From a virus (Duplodnaviria > Caudoviricetes), in the IMG/VR virus record IMGVR_UViG_3300028804_000002, positions 32,001 to 96,000 of that record: DNA of 64,000 nucleotides; one strand, given 5' to 3'. The stretch's first letter is position 1. The number at the start of each line of letters is the position of its first letter. The position numbers and the translations under genes were made by a program. Of this stretch, positions 28,793 through 38,618 are shown piece after piece. The notes under the pieces are model-generated. The model saw only the letters and a program-made list of their open reading frames with translations. It was not told the DNA's origin and searched no databases.

Positions 28793-29893
28793 TTACCAGT
28801 TTGGATTTCTTTGCTTTATATAACTGTAGTTATTTTGTGTTATTTGATCTGATTTTGGAAGTTCTTTAAAATAATTAACCGCTCCATCAAAATACATACC
28901 TATATTAATATTTTGTATTCCAAAACGATTTTTAAATACATTAAGATTTCTATAGGCATCTCCCATCTCTAAAATATTATATCCGCGATAATTTTTAATA
29001 TCATGTTTATATGGAGAGAATATACCTAATGCAATATCACAATCATTATATGTCAGTTTACTTTCAGCTAAATTAGCTTTATTTGGTTCTAATTTTTCTG
29101 CTTTAAAATGAGATAAATTTTCACCTTCGGCTGCTTGTTGTTGAATTAAAACTGGTATATAATGATATCTATTTTTTAATCTTACAAAATCCTTTGATAA
29201 TTTTTCTATAGTTTGTTTTATAGCCATGCCTTGTTCTAGATTTAATAAACTAGCATGATCAACTATAATTATAACATACTCATTAGGATTGTTAGGTATG
29301 TATCTATCAAATCCAAGAACTTCTTTTTCTATTATAGATCCATCATTTTGTTTTTCTTTTATTATAAAAGATTTTTTAAGTATTTTACCATTAGCTTTGG
29401 CGTAATTCTCAATATCTTTTATTATACCAGTTGGATTTAATACATTATCGTTTATAACTAAATTATCTTCAAGTTTTTCAAAATACTCTTCGGTTTCCAT
29501 CAGAGCCATATATATATCATCTGAGAGTCTATTTTTACCTACAGATTGAAGTATATTAATATTAGCTCGGATATCATAATGATCATACAATCTACGAGTC
29601 ATCCATTGAGTCATTTTTGTTTCTTTATCTAACTCTAAAGAGTAATAAAAAACTTTAAATGTTACATCTACTTCTTCTAATCTTGTAAATTCATTAGGAG
29701 TAAATATAAATAAATGATCTGTTAATTGTGATTTACCAGCTCCTGAAGCTCCAGAAACTAGATAATATCTTTTTTGTTGAATACCTGGTAAATATTCTGA
29801 AAATCTTGGTAGTATACCATTAAATGGTATACAGTTGTCTTTCTTGAATCGATTATTTTCAATTCTTTCTAGAGCAACTTTGTATGTTGACAT
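28793..29893 (-). CDS. dnaB: DnaB-like replicative helicase (crAss-type)
   Basis: GASGAGKS, YSLE, IIVDH, IQQQ, KNRFG. Confidence 0.85.
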   Translation of the reverse strand: MSTYKVALERIENNRFKKDNCIPFNGILPRFSEYLPGIQQKRYYLVSGASGAGKSQLTDHLFIFTPNEFTRLEEVDVTFKVFYYSLELDKETKMTQWMTRRLYDHYDIRANINILQSVGKNRLSDDIYMALMETEEYFEKLEDNLVINDNVLNPTGIIKDIENYAKANGKILKKSFIIKEKQNDGSIIEKEVLGFDRYIPNNPNEYVIIIVDHASLLNLEQGMAIKQTIEKLSKDFVRLKNRYHYIPVLIQQQAAEGENLSHFKAEKLEPNKANLAESKLTYNDCDIALGIFSPYKHDIKNYRGYNILEMGDAYRNLNVFKNRFGIQNINIGMYFDGAVNYFKELPKSDQITQNNYSYIKQRNPNW

Positions 29894-29911
29894 TTAATTG
29901 ATTTAATATGA

Positions 29912-30307
29912 TCATTCTTCTATCATATTTCTTTCAAGAACTTTTTTCAAATAATCAACAAAGCTTTGTGTTCCACCACCCTTATCAAAATTGTATTCTC
30001 TTTGTATTTCTTTGATACAATCTTGTATAGCAGAGTTATAGATCTTTTTAACATCTCGAAAAACTCCTTTTTCTTGAGTAGGTCCAAATATCCACATCTC
30101 TTTAAAATAAATTATGGATTCAGGAAGCTTTTTCTTTTGTTTTCCATATATTGCTGCTATTTTACTTTCAATGTCATCATCTAAGGTAAATACAGTTTCA
30201 AGCTTATTTTTCTCAGGAATAGATGTTTCATCCGGATGACCTGATATTAGTAAGTTTTTAGTATCTGCTTCAACCTTATTTATACATAATTCTTCAAGTG
30301 AAAACAT
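29912..30307 (-). CDS. Hypothetical protein
   Basis: 131-aa ORF in operon. Confidence 0.5.
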   Translation of the reverse strand: MFSLEELCINKVEADTKNLLISGHPDETSIPEKNKLETVFTLDDDIESKIAAIYGKQKKKLPESIIYFKEMWIFGPTQEKGVFRDVKKIYNSAIQDCIKEIQREYNFDKGGGTQSFVDYLKKVLERNMIEE

Positions 30308-30309
30308 AT

Positions 30310-30843
30310 TTAAACATTTATATCAAATTCTTCATTCACTTCATCTCCTGATTTTATCTTCTCACACCATTCAGCTAAAGAAGAGGATTTTATCTTACTA
30401 CTATCTTGTTTACTTATAAAATTCGATGCAGTTTGCATGTATCTATAATCCTGTTTAGCGTAATATTTAACATACTCTTTAGTTGCTTTAAATATTATAC
30501 CCCAAGAATACTCGTAAGCTTTCATAAACCATTTAAGTTTATCATCTAATTCTTTATATGTTGATCTCGCAGATTTTCCATTAGGTAAAATACCTTTTGG
30601 AAATAGCTCCCTAAACTTATTTACTGGATCTATTTCATCTACAACACCAAATAAATCTTTAGACTTTTGAGTAAAATTATCTTCTTTATCTAAAAATCCA
30701 TTCTTTCTTAATATTCTTTTAGAAAGATGTTCATTAAAGCTAAATTCTTCTTTGATATCTTTAGCCATAAAAGATAAAACTGTAAACTCATTTGGTGATA
30801 ACCCTATTTGCTTTAACTTTTTATATAATTGTATTATTTCCAT
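30310..30843 (-). CDS. Replication initiator / helicase loader-like protein
   Basis: FRELFP...YMQTASNFI pattern; just upstream of helicase. Confidence 0.5.
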   Translation of the reverse strand: MEIIQLYKKLKQIGLSPNEFTVLSFMAKDIKEEFSFNEHLSKRILRKNGFLDKEDNFTQKSKDLFGVVDEIDPVNKFRELFPKGILPNGKSARSTYKELDDKLKWFMKAYEYSWGIIFKATKEYVKYYAKQDYRYMQTASNFISKQDSSKIKSSSLAEWCEKIKSGDEVNEEFDINV

Positions 30844-30864
30844 TAAATAATGATAATAAACATA

Positions 30865-31305
30865 TTACTCATAGTGTCTTCCAATAATTTCTTTGCCATT
30901 ATTTATCCTTCTTCCATATTTATCTTCTTTTTCAGCTAATTGTCCTATTACTTTACCTTCCGGTGTTATAATATTACCTTGAGAATCTTTTCTTGTACCA
31001 AATCCATATAAATTTTCAAGTTGAAGAATTTCATTTTCTAATTCAATTTCTTCAATAGAATCATCATCAGGAGGATCAAATGTTAAAGGATAATTATTTT
31101 GAATAAGTTTTGGATCTGGTTTTGAAGTTTCTTTTGGATGACCCTTTGAAGCAAGATATTTTTTATAGGCTCTGATATATTTATATTTTTCTTTTTTTTT
31201 ATCACCAGTAAATCTATTTTTATTATTATCTTGTCTTCTTTTTTTATTAAGATTCTTATTTCTTTTTCTACTCATGATTAAAAGTTTAATATAAACTTGA
31301 TCCAT
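30865..31305 (-). CDS. Hypothetical protein (basic N-term, acidic middle)
   Basis: ORF track. Confidence 0.5.
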   Translation of the reverse strand: MDQVYIKLLIMSRKRNKNLNKKRRQDNNKNRFTGDKKKEKYKYIRAYKKYLASKGHPKETSKPDPKLIQNNYPLTFDPPDDDSIEEIELENEILQLENLYGFGTRKDSQGNIITPEGKVIGQLAEKEDKYGRRINNGKEIIGRHYE

Positions 31306-31651
31306 CTAAAGAATAAGGATTATTAATTTCTCCATCAACTGTGGTTTCTTTAATTTTTTGATTCAAAACCATTTCATTATAGTAATCAATAAGATACTTA
31401 GCTATATTGAATTCATTATTTGTTGGAATTATAAGATATTGAATACCTAATTTTTTTGGAATATAACCAATACATAAATCACTCCAACTTACAGAAGTAG
31501 CAGCTCTACTACCTTTTTCTACACTAGTAAACATATAGGTATCTCCACCATCACTGGTCATAACTCTATATTCTCCTTCAGCAAGTATTTTTATTAATTT
31601 ATATAAATCAGCTTTTAGAGCTTTGGTCATTACCATCTCTATTTGTACCAT
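31286..31651 (-). CDS. Hypothetical protein
   Basis: ORF track; overlaps neighbours. Confidence 0.55.
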   Translation of the reverse strand: MVQIEMVMTKALKADLYKLIKILAEGEYRVMTSDGGDTYMFTSVEKGSRAATSVSWSDLCIGYIPKKLGIQYLIIPTNNEFNIAKYLIDYYNEMVLNQKIKETTVDGEINNPYSLDGSSLY

Positions 31652-31880
31652 AATTGTCTTCTTTAATGTGAGTTGTATAATTCTGTACTATCTCTCTATA
31701 GGCCCTATATTTGTGAAGAACAATTGTTCGATCTTCTGTCATATATTGTTCTACTAGTAAAGTATTTGGATTTTTTTCAATTATTTCTACCCTTCTATTA
31801 CGATTATCATATATAGTATCTCCTACATTTAAATTATAAGCATCTTCTTCTGACATTAAATTTAGTTTCATAATTTCCAA
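31608..31880 (-). CDS. Hypothetical protein
   Basis: Directly downstream of a promoter. Confidence 0.55.
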   Translation of the reverse strand: MEIMKLNLMSEEDAYNLNVGDTIYDNRNRRVEIIEKNPNTLLVEQYMTEDRTIVLHKYRAYREIVQNYTTHIKEDNYGTNRDGNDQSSKS

Positions 31881-31886
31881 GATTTA

Positions 31887-31917
31887 CAAAGATACAACTT
31901 AAACATTAATTATCAAA
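31887..31917 (-). promoter_or_regulatory. Bacteroidota-type promoter
   Basis: TTTG-N19-TATCTTTG. Confidence 0.7.
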
Positions 31918-31924
31918 ATAAACC

Positions 31925-32362
31925 TTAAAAATTAATATCTAATTTTCCTAATGTTTCAGAATATTGATTAGGATTATCAATTAATGTTCTTGCATTATGA
32001 ACGTATTTTCTTACAGTTCCACAAAAATGATGACTTATTTTATGATTTTGTCTAAGTTTATTCATTGCTTTATGAACTTGTTCTAAAGTAATGTCGGGTT
32101 TATAATACTTTGCAGCCTTAAAAACATCCTCAACACTTCTTGCCCTATGCATAGAGCATTGTTGTACTCCATTATTATTAGGTTTTCTTTTATTTGAGTA
32201 AACAGTAGCTTCATGATTAACAACCAATCTAAATATCAATTCTGATAAATTTTTTGGATCTTTACCAATAAGCTTAATTTTTCTCCATCTTAAAGCTTTT
32301 TCTTTAATAATTTCTATATTACTACCATTAACTTCAAGAAATAGATTATTTATTTTTTTCAT
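31925..32362 (-). CDS. Hypothetical protein, QC-x3-R-x-RSxED family
   Basis: QQCSMHRARSVED...FCGTVRKYVH. Confidence 0.6.
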   Translation of the reverse strand: MKKINNLFLEVNGSNIEIIKEKALRWRKIKLIGKDPKNLSELIFRLVVNHEATVYSNKRKPNNNGVQQCSMHRARSVEDVFKAAKYYKPDITLEQVHKAMNKLRQNHKISHHFCGTVRKYVHNARTLIDNPNQYSETLGKLDINF

Positions 32363-32766
32363 TTTAAGACTTTTTTAATATCTGTTAACGTCGCTTTAAT
32401 TTTTAAAGCAGTATGTACTCTTCTCTGTACTGTTTCACAAAAGCTTTGTTCTATATAGCCAGCAGAAATTAATTTTTCAATTGCTTTTTCAACTTTTTCT
32501 CTAGTTACATTTTTAACATAATTTTTTGCTACTGAATACATATCTTCAACACTTCTTAAACGGCTACCATCGCACTGATGATTTTGATACCCTTTTTCAT
32601 CTGTATAATATGTAGGTTCTTGTAAAAAAACCATTCTCCATATTACACTTGCTAAAGTTATTGTTTTTTTATCTTTTGCTTCGTCATTAGATTTTTTAAA
32701 TTTAAGTTTTCTGACATAAGCATCAAGTTGTTCTTGAGTTTTTTCATCACCTCTTAATTTCCACAT
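32359..32766 (-). CDS. Hypothetical protein, QC-x3-R-x-RSxED family
   Basis: HQCDGSRLRSVED...FCETVQRRVH. Confidence 0.6.
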   Translation of the reverse strand: MWKLRGDEKTQEQLDAYVRKLKFKKSNDEAKDKKTITLASVIWRMVFLQEPTYYTDEKGYQNHQCDGSRLRSVEDMYSVAKNYVKNVTREKVEKAIEKLISAGYIEQSFCETVQRRVHTALKIKATLTDIKKVLK

Positions 32767-32776
32767 ATAAATAATT

Positions 32777-33196
32777 TTACATTATATATTTACTTTTATC
32801 TTCTTGAGATAAATTTTTAATCCAAAAAGATGAATAGTTTTTAAATTGTTCCGAAGAGAATATATAAATAAAATTTAAGTTGGGTTTTTCTATTCTTAAA
32901 TTATCAAATAATATTCTCTCTTTTAAATAATCTTTCTCATTTCTTATACCACGAATTATACTTACATTATATCTTTTTTCAAATTCTTGTACAAGATTTA
33001 CAATATTTAAGCTGTATTGAATATCAATATGTTTGCTTGGGGTACAATATTCAGATCTTTTATGAGGGTCGAATATTCTTACTATTTTTACTATATCGAA
33101 TATATCTTGTGCTTTATCTCGCACATATAAATGTCCTCTATGTAAAGGATTGAATTGTCCTATAAATAAACCCATTGATTTATAAGCTTTTACCAT
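32777..33196 (-). CDS. HxGH nucleotidyltransferase, phosphopantetheine adenylyltransferase (CoaD)-like
   Basis: GQFNPLHRGH, IIRGIRN..D, YSS. Confidence 0.7.
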   Translation of the reverse strand: MVKAYKSMGLFIGQFNPLHRGHLYVRDKAQDIFDIVKIVRIFDPHKRSEYCTPSKHIDIQYSLNIVNLVQEFEKRYNVSIIRGIRNEKDYLKERILFDNLRIEKPNLNFIYIFSSEQFKNYSSFWIKNLSQEDKSKYIM

Positions 33197-33377
33197 TAAC
33201 CTTATATTTAATATATCTAATTAAAAATATAGGTAAATACACCCACCAGAAAAGAAACCAACTAAGAACAGATAATTCATCTGGTTCTGCTGATTGTTTT
33301 CCAGTAATACCTCTATAAACACCTATACCACAAGTTAATAATCCCAATATAAAATACCATGTTGCGAATAATATCAT
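33180..33377 (-). CDS. Small membrane protein
   Basis: Two hydrophobic helices. Confidence 0.55.
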   Translation of the reverse strand: MILFATWYFILGLLTCGIGVYRGITGKQSAEPDELSVLSWFLFWWVYLPIFLIRYIKYKVNGKSL

Positions 33378-33380
33378 AAT

Positions 33381-33551
33381 TTAATCTTTTTTATTATTTT
33401 TATGACTTCCGTCACAATAAATTTTATCTTTTGATTTACCACATCTACAGAAAGCTTGTTTTTTACCTTTTAATTCTCCATCTACAGTAAGAACATCTTT
33501 ACTTTCTACTATAAGTGGACCATTTTTTACTATTGTTATTTTTGTACTCAT
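33381..33551 (-). CDS. CDGSH iron-sulfur domain protein
   Basis: NGPLIV...FCRCGKSKDKIYCDGSH; start reassigned to ATG 33551 (MSTKITI). Confidence 0.9.
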   Translation of the reverse strand: MSTKITIVKNGPLIVESKDVLTVDGELKGKKQAFCRCGKSKDKIYCDGSHKNNKKD

Positions 33552-33897
33552 TTTAATAATAAATAATATGTTATAAATAATTGCACATAATGAAGCCATT
33601 GATCAAATCCTACGCTTACAAAGAAATTATGAATATCTTTTTTCTCCCAGAGTTTAGAATTTAATCTACTTGTGAAATAGTCTGTTATTGTATGACAAAC
33701 GAAATACTTCTATTATCTGATATAAAATAGTATAATATGGATGCTATGTAGAATACAAAAAAATATGTAAGAGTATGACTTATCAAATCTGTCCAATTCT
33801 TTGATTTACCTTGTGCCATTTTATCTGTTTGTAATACAAAATCTGCAAACCAATGTAGAAAAAGTATTAATAGTATTTCTATTATATTCATTCTCAT
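33548..33897 (-). pseudogene. DUF3307 membrane protein, frameshifted
   Basis: LHWFADFVLQTDKMAQGK in one frame; FVCHTITDYFTSR...GFDQWLH continues in another frame after ~33700. Confidence 0.7.
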
Positions 33898-34061
33898 TAT
33901 TTAAAATAGTTATTAACTTTTTTTATTTTATAAATCTTTGTCTTTTTAAATGCAATCTTGCAGAAGCACCTTTATAATTTGTTTTAAGAAGACATGGTAT
34001 AATAATTATAAAAATTAATAAACTTTTTCTTTCTAAAATATAGTTTATTACATCTTTCATA

Positions 34062-34298
34062 TTATTTTATTAAATCTTCTGGATAAGCATTAAGAATAGA
34101 ATCTTTATTAATTTTTCCTTCTGGTAATTCAGACATAGAAAAATCAATTTTTAATTCAGCTTTTTTACTAGCAGCTTCTAAAGCAGCTTTTACATGAAGT
34201 TTAGCAAATTTTTGTAATAATGGTATATAATCTTCAGAATGCCAATAATTTTTAGAATTTAAAAACTCTTTTGCTGTTAGTATTTTATCTGTGTTCAT
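34062..34298 (-). CDS. Hypothetical protein
   Basis: FAKLHVKAALEAAS...SILNAYP. Confidence 0.6.
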   Translation of the reverse strand: MNTDKILTAKEFLNSKNYWHSEDYIPLLQKFAKLHVKAALEAASKKAELKIDFSMSELPEGKINKDSILNAYPEDLIK

Positions 34299-34489
34299 AC
34301 TTCTTTTTCTTTTTCTTTGTATCCTGCAACAAAACCTAATATAAATAATGATTCTGGACTACCTGCATCTCCAAGAGTTACATTTTTAAATGCTTCTCTT
34401 GCTTTTTTTGCTATTTTACTAATTTCATTAGCTTTTTCCTGAAGTTTGTCTTTGCGTTTTCGACTTTCTTCTAAAAACTTATTCTTCAT
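34295..34489 (-). CDS. Hypothetical protein
   Basis: ORF track; coupled to neighbours. Confidence 0.5.
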   Translation of the reverse strand: MKNKFLEESRKRKDKLQEKANEISKIAKKAREAFKNVTLGDAGSPESLFILGFVAGYKEKEKEV

Positions 34490-35102
34490 ATATCCATTGT
34501 TTTACTATTACTTGATTACCATTAAGTTGCAACTTATAATGCCAATTCTCACCTCTTTCAGGATTGTAGTTCCAAGCATTATCTGAATCTATTTCCATTT
34601 CCACTTCTACAGCTATAGGAAGTTTAGGAGATAGAGATTGTATATAATCTTCTGCTCTTGTTAAATGATTAAATTCTTCTTCTATCCCAGCTTTGCTCCA
34701 ATTTAAAGCAGCAATACTTCCAGTCATATGAGCATTTCTCATATCTTCTCCTGTATATTTATTCTTAGCAGAAGCTGCTTTATAACACTGTTCAACAGTT
34801 TGCTTTATATAAGGATAGTCATCCTCATGTCTTGCCCAATCTCCAGCAATTATATTATACAACTCTTGTTTTAAATTTTTTTCTATATCTGGTAATAAAG
34901 GTAAACCAAGAGATGGATTATTAGTAAAATGAACTTTCCAACAACCTTGATTTAAAGCTGCTTTATGAAAGCATTCTTCCATGTTTACCCACAATCTTCC
35001 TACTATATCTATGATAGTATCATTAGACTTTCCAGAATCTTCTTTATCTATCCCATACATATACCCATCTGATAAATATATAATATCGTATCGTTTTGTC
35101 AT
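34479..35102 (-). CDS. Hypothetical protein
   Basis: 207-aa ORF. Confidence 0.55.
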   Translation of the reverse strand: MTKRYDIIYLSDGYMYGIDKEDSGKSNDTIIDIVGRLWVNMEECFHKAALNQGCWKVHFTNNPSLGLPLLPDIEKNLKQELYNIIAGDWARHEDDYPYIKQTVEQCYKAASAKNKYTGEDMRNAHMTGSIAALNWSKAGIEEEFNHLTRAEDYIQSLSPKLPIAVEVEMEIDSDNAWNYNPERGENWHYKLQLNGNQVIVKQWIYEE

Positions 35103-35134
35103 ATTTCAATTTTATTTTGCAAAATATTTTTTCA

Positions 35135-35866
35135 TTATTTATCAGGTCTAAGCTTTACAAATCTGGGTTGCCGAAAACGATTATTTTTAGTTATTTCCAT
35201 ACACTTTACTTCAATAGTAGTATTAAGAAGTTGTTCTTTTTTATTCCAGAATTCTTTTCTCATTGCATCTGTAAAACCAACTCCTACTCCACCATTTTCA
35301 GTAACAAACTTACCAAGCATACCTTTGAGTCTACCTTTACCTTCTACAAAACCAATTATTTTAGTATCAACTGTATAAGAGGCTTTAACTTTAATAAAAT
35401 GTTTACTTAATTTATGTACAGTAACATTTTTGTTAGTTTCTAGTGGTCTTAGTACTAAACCTTCATAACCTTCTAATCTTACTTTAGTAAACCAGCTTTT
35501 TATCTGCCTGGCTGTTGGATTAGTTATTTTCTTTGCAAGAATAAGTCTGTTATCAATTACTGGAAATAATTTATAAATTTGTTTGTTTTTAATTCTTTCT
35601 CTTTCACCTTCAGGTCCTGATAAAATACTCCAAGTACTGTTGCAAGATCCGTTAAATATTTCAAATATTTGTCCTGATGGAAAAGTTTTTGGAAGATTAT
35701 TTAATTGTTTATCATTTTTACTAACTACATAAAATCCAGAGCTTTTTGCTCCAATATTTGAATTAGCAAAACCAAAAGTAACTTTTCTGCCTTGAATACC
35801 ATCTATTTTGATAGTAAACATCCAGTCTCCTTTAAGAGATTTTCCATTCCAATTTTTAAATTTCAT
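35135..35866 (-). CDS. Minimal ATP-dependent DNA ligase
   Basis: KIDG, EGYEGLVLR, KVK, OB-fold GKGRLKGMLG...RQPRFVKLRPDK. Confidence 0.88.
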   Translation of the reverse strand: MKFKNWNGKSLKGDWMFTIKIDGIQGRKVTFGFANSNIGAKSSGFYVVSKNDKQLNNLPKTFPSGQIFEIFNGSCNSTWSILSGPEGERERIKNKQIYKLFPVIDNRLILAKKITNPTARQIKSWFTKVRLEGYEGLVLRPLETNKNVTVHKLSKHFIKVKASYTVDTKIIGFVEGKGRLKGMLGKFVTENGGVGVGFTDAMRKEFWNKKEQLLNTTIEVKCMEITKNNRFRQPRFVKLRPDK

Positions 35867-36138
35867 TTTATTTCTTTTTTAATTTTGAGATTATTCTCTC
35901 TTATAGATTGTAACTTTTGTTCTAGAGTAGTATTTCTATCTTTAGTTCTTAAATTTAATAATTTTATTTCGGCTTCAGTTAGATGCTTCTTATGAATATC
36001 TATTGCTAACTGTCTTCCAGTCTTTTTTCTTGAAATTTTACTTTGTCTACTCTTTTTAAGATATTTATTATAAGTTATTATGGTATTTATTAAATATCCT
36101 GTAATACCTATTATTGCAATTATGATAATTACTTTCAT
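35863..36138 (-). CDS. Membrane-anchored basic hypothetical protein
   Basis: Start reassigned to MKVIII (terminator lies upstream at 36151-36181). Confidence 0.5.
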   Translation of the reverse strand: MKVIIIIAIIGITGYLINTIITYNKYLKKSRQSKISRKKTGRQLAIDIHKKHLTEAEIKLLNLRTKDRNTTLEQKLQSIRENNLKIKKEIK

Positions 36139-36150
36139 AAAATAAAGTTT

Positions 36151-36181
36151 AAAAAAGTAGCCCACATTTCTGTAGGCTACT
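36151..36181 (-). terminator. Intrinsic terminator, GAAA tetraloop
   Basis: Minus strand GTAGCCTACA-GAAA-TGTGGGCTAC-TTTTTT. Confidence 0.8.
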
Positions 36182-36208
36182 CTGCCATAGATACGCCGCA
36201 CAAACACA

Positions 36209-37603
36209 CTAAAATTTTGACGCTCTTTCAATTATATTTTCAAACCTATCTTTATTAAATTTTCCATTCTCATAAACAACTTTCATCATATCAGTATATC
36301 CAGCAAACATTTGTGGAGATTCTTCTTTTGATGATATTGTAGTTCCAGGAGAGTGAAGTTTTAACATACCAGATTTTGAATTTTTTGTAGGATCTGTTTT
36401 TGGAGATTTCATCACATTAAAAGATACTTCGTCTTTCTCCATATAAGAAAGTTTAATAGCCCATCTTTGTGTATCTCTAGTAAGATCTTCTTCTAAAAGA
36501 CCTCCACCAGATCCAGTCACAATATTTTCTGCTGACCAACCTGTCTTAACATATTCTTTAAAAAGTTCTGGTATACTATTTTCATCCATACCATCACCTT
36601 GAATAAGTCCTGTATTATACTTAAGAACTTTGTATTGTTTTTGATTCATATCAAATCCAAATATAGCTCCAAGCATATCAGAATATTTAGTTACATTAAG
36701 AAGTGGTTTACCACTATCAGGTCTCCAAACAATTCTTCCTTTATGAGTTTTAACAAGCTCTTTTATTTCATCGCTTCCTACAACATTTTGCATGAAGTTA
36801 TCAGCATCATAAGCATCTATTACAATACTTTTAATAAGATCTGTATGAACAGATAATTGAGCTTTTACATACTCATACTCTCCCTTACCAGGACCATATG
36901 AGCATTCTACTGAATGTTCAGTTGCCCAAACACTTTTAGCCCTACCTTTCATATCATAATAATCTTTGATATGTCTTGATGCTGGCATATTATCAGAACC
37001 TTCAAAATGAACTAAATGAGCCATACCACCCATTATTGCTCCTTGAAAGAAAGTGGCTCCACGAAGTCCAAAATCATTTACAGCAAATGGTAATACCAAT
37101 TCAGATATATCACTTGTCTGTTCAAATATTGGTTTAATAGCTTTTTTTATATTCATGCTCCTTGTACATACAGCTGAACTGTACCAAGGCCACATTAAAA
37201 AGTCTTCGAAATGCGAAATCATATTTGCAAACCATGGTTCTGTACTTTCAATAGTAAAGCAAACATTACCTTCTTCAATAATCGTACCCTCGGGTACTGA
37301 CATTATTTTTAAAGGTAAATAACCAAGATCTCTTACTTTTTGCCAAACTTCTCTATTAAAAAGTTTGTCAGTACCAAAAGTCATAAAGCACTCTTCTTGT
37401 GCTTCTTCTATCATTTCTGTAGTAATTCTTGGTAAAAAATGTTCTTGAATTATTGGCTGTAATCCAAAGAAACATATAAATTTATTCTTACCTCCAACTC
37501 TTGGTTCTCCGTAAGAATAAAATTTTGTTATATTTTTTGGTCTCTGTAACCAGTGACCTATTTTATAGGCATCTGTGTCACTTGGCGTAACTATTCTAGG
37601 CAT
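36209..37603 (-). CDS. nadV: Nicotinamide phosphoribosyltransferase
   Basis: TDAYK..H, FFGLQ, DFGLRG, GSDN, ATEHS, RPDSG, QGDG, GSGGGLL, RDTQ. Confidence 0.93.
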   Translation of the reverse strand: MPRIVTPSDTDAYKIGHWLQRPKNITKFYSYGEPRVGGKNKFICFFGLQPIIQEHFLPRITTEMIEEAQEECFMTFGTDKLFNREVWQKVRDLGYLPLKIMSVPEGTIIEEGNVCFTIESTEPWFANMISHFEDFLMWPWYSSAVCTRSMNIKKAIKPIFEQTSDISELVLPFAVNDFGLRGATFFQGAIMGGMAHLVHFEGSDNMPASRHIKDYYDMKGRAKSVWATEHSVECSYGPGKGEYEYVKAQLSVHTDLIKSIVIDAYDADNFMQNVVGSDEIKELVKTHKGRIVWRPDSGKPLLNVTKYSDMLGAIFGFDMNQKQYKVLKYNTGLIQGDGMDENSIPELFKEYVKTGWSAENIVTGSGGGLLEEDLTRDTQRWAIKLSYMEKDEVSFNVMKSPKTDPTKNSKSGMLKLHSPGTTISSKEESPQMFAGYTDMMKVVYENGKFNKDRFENIIERASKF

Positions 37604-38618
37604 ATAAATATTTTTTTAGTGCTTCGTATAATATGTGATGTGCTTGGCCGAGCCGAGATATATCAAAAGATTCTATATCAAACCATTTAGTTTCTTCTTC
37701 TATATCATCTCCTCCTTTATATTTTTTAAATTCTTTATCTTCAGGATTATTTTTGTCTTTAACCATAATAGTAAAGAAATTAGTCATAATACTGTCTTTA
37801 GTACCTCTATATCTATAGTCATCTATTTTGAATGAATCTATATATTTTAATGGTACTATTATATCAGAGTTTTCAAGATTACTAATCTCTTCATTTAACT
37901 CTCTGAATGCAGCATGCATGTAATTCTTATCTGAAGTATCGACAAATCCTCCTAAAAAACGATATTCTTTTTCTCCTGGTTTTCTTACAAGTAGCATATT
38001 CTGATTTTCTCCAATTATAGCTATATCTACAGTAGAATAAACTATTGGAAATCTATTTTCTATTCCATGAATTAAACCAACACGCATTTGTTTATTAAAA
38101 TCTGTAGCATTTATTTCTTTAAGTCCTTTTCTTATCTTACTTGATGAAATATCATATATTGGCTCAAATCTATATATTGGAAATACACCAGTATAAGAAC
38201 CAAGAAAGCTATCTCTTGAACCAAATAGTGTTGGATTTTCATATTTTGCAATAATATCATCAAGATTTTTTGACCATTGTTCATCTGAAGGATGATCATA
38301 TATCTTTTCTATTTGCATATAAGGATATAAATTCAATATCATTGCACGTCTCATTTCAAAAGTTAGAGGATTTCTATCAGTAAATTGAGCCTCAGATACT
38401 CCAAGTACTATAACTATTGCATCACATTTACTTGCTACAAAACTTATTAGACTTGTATGTCCATCTGTAAGATAAGGAGATTGCATTCTTGCTACTATTA
38501 TTCCAGTTTTCATCATTTTTTGATTTTTTGAATTATCATTTGATTTGTGTTCTAATATAGTAGTTCTATCCCTTTTATCGGGAGATGTTCTATTTATTAT
38601 AGATATACTTTGTATCAT
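37596..38618 (-). CDS. Bifunctional NMN adenylyltransferase / Nudix (ADP-ribose) hydrolase
   Basis: ARMQ...TDGH, NPL, GSRDSF, SSSKIR; Nudix GGFVD...AAFRELNEE, GGDD. Confidence 0.9.
   Translation of the reverse strand: MIQSISIINRTSPDKRDRTTILEHKSNDNSKNQKMMKTGIIVARMQSPYLTDGHTSLISFVASKCDAIVIVLGVSEAQFTDRNPLTFEMRRAMILNLYPYMQIEKIYDHPSDEQWSKNLDDIIAKYENPTLFGSRDSFLGSYTGVFPIYRFEPIYDISSSKIRKGLKEINATDFNKQMRVGLIHGIENRFPIVYSTVDIAIIGENQNMLLVRKPGEKEYRFLGGFVDTSDKNYMHAAFRELNEEISNLENSDIIVPLKYIDSFKIDDYRYRGTKDSIMTNFFTIMVKDKNNPEDKEFKKYKGGDDIEEETKWFDIESFDISRLGQAHHILYEALKKYLYA

Noticed and set aside
33552-33599. N-terminal membrane anchor on the CDGSH protein (mitoNEET-like)
   Set aside because: This stretch is the 3' end of the frameshifted DUF3307 gene in another frame; the ATGA overlap supports a start at 33551
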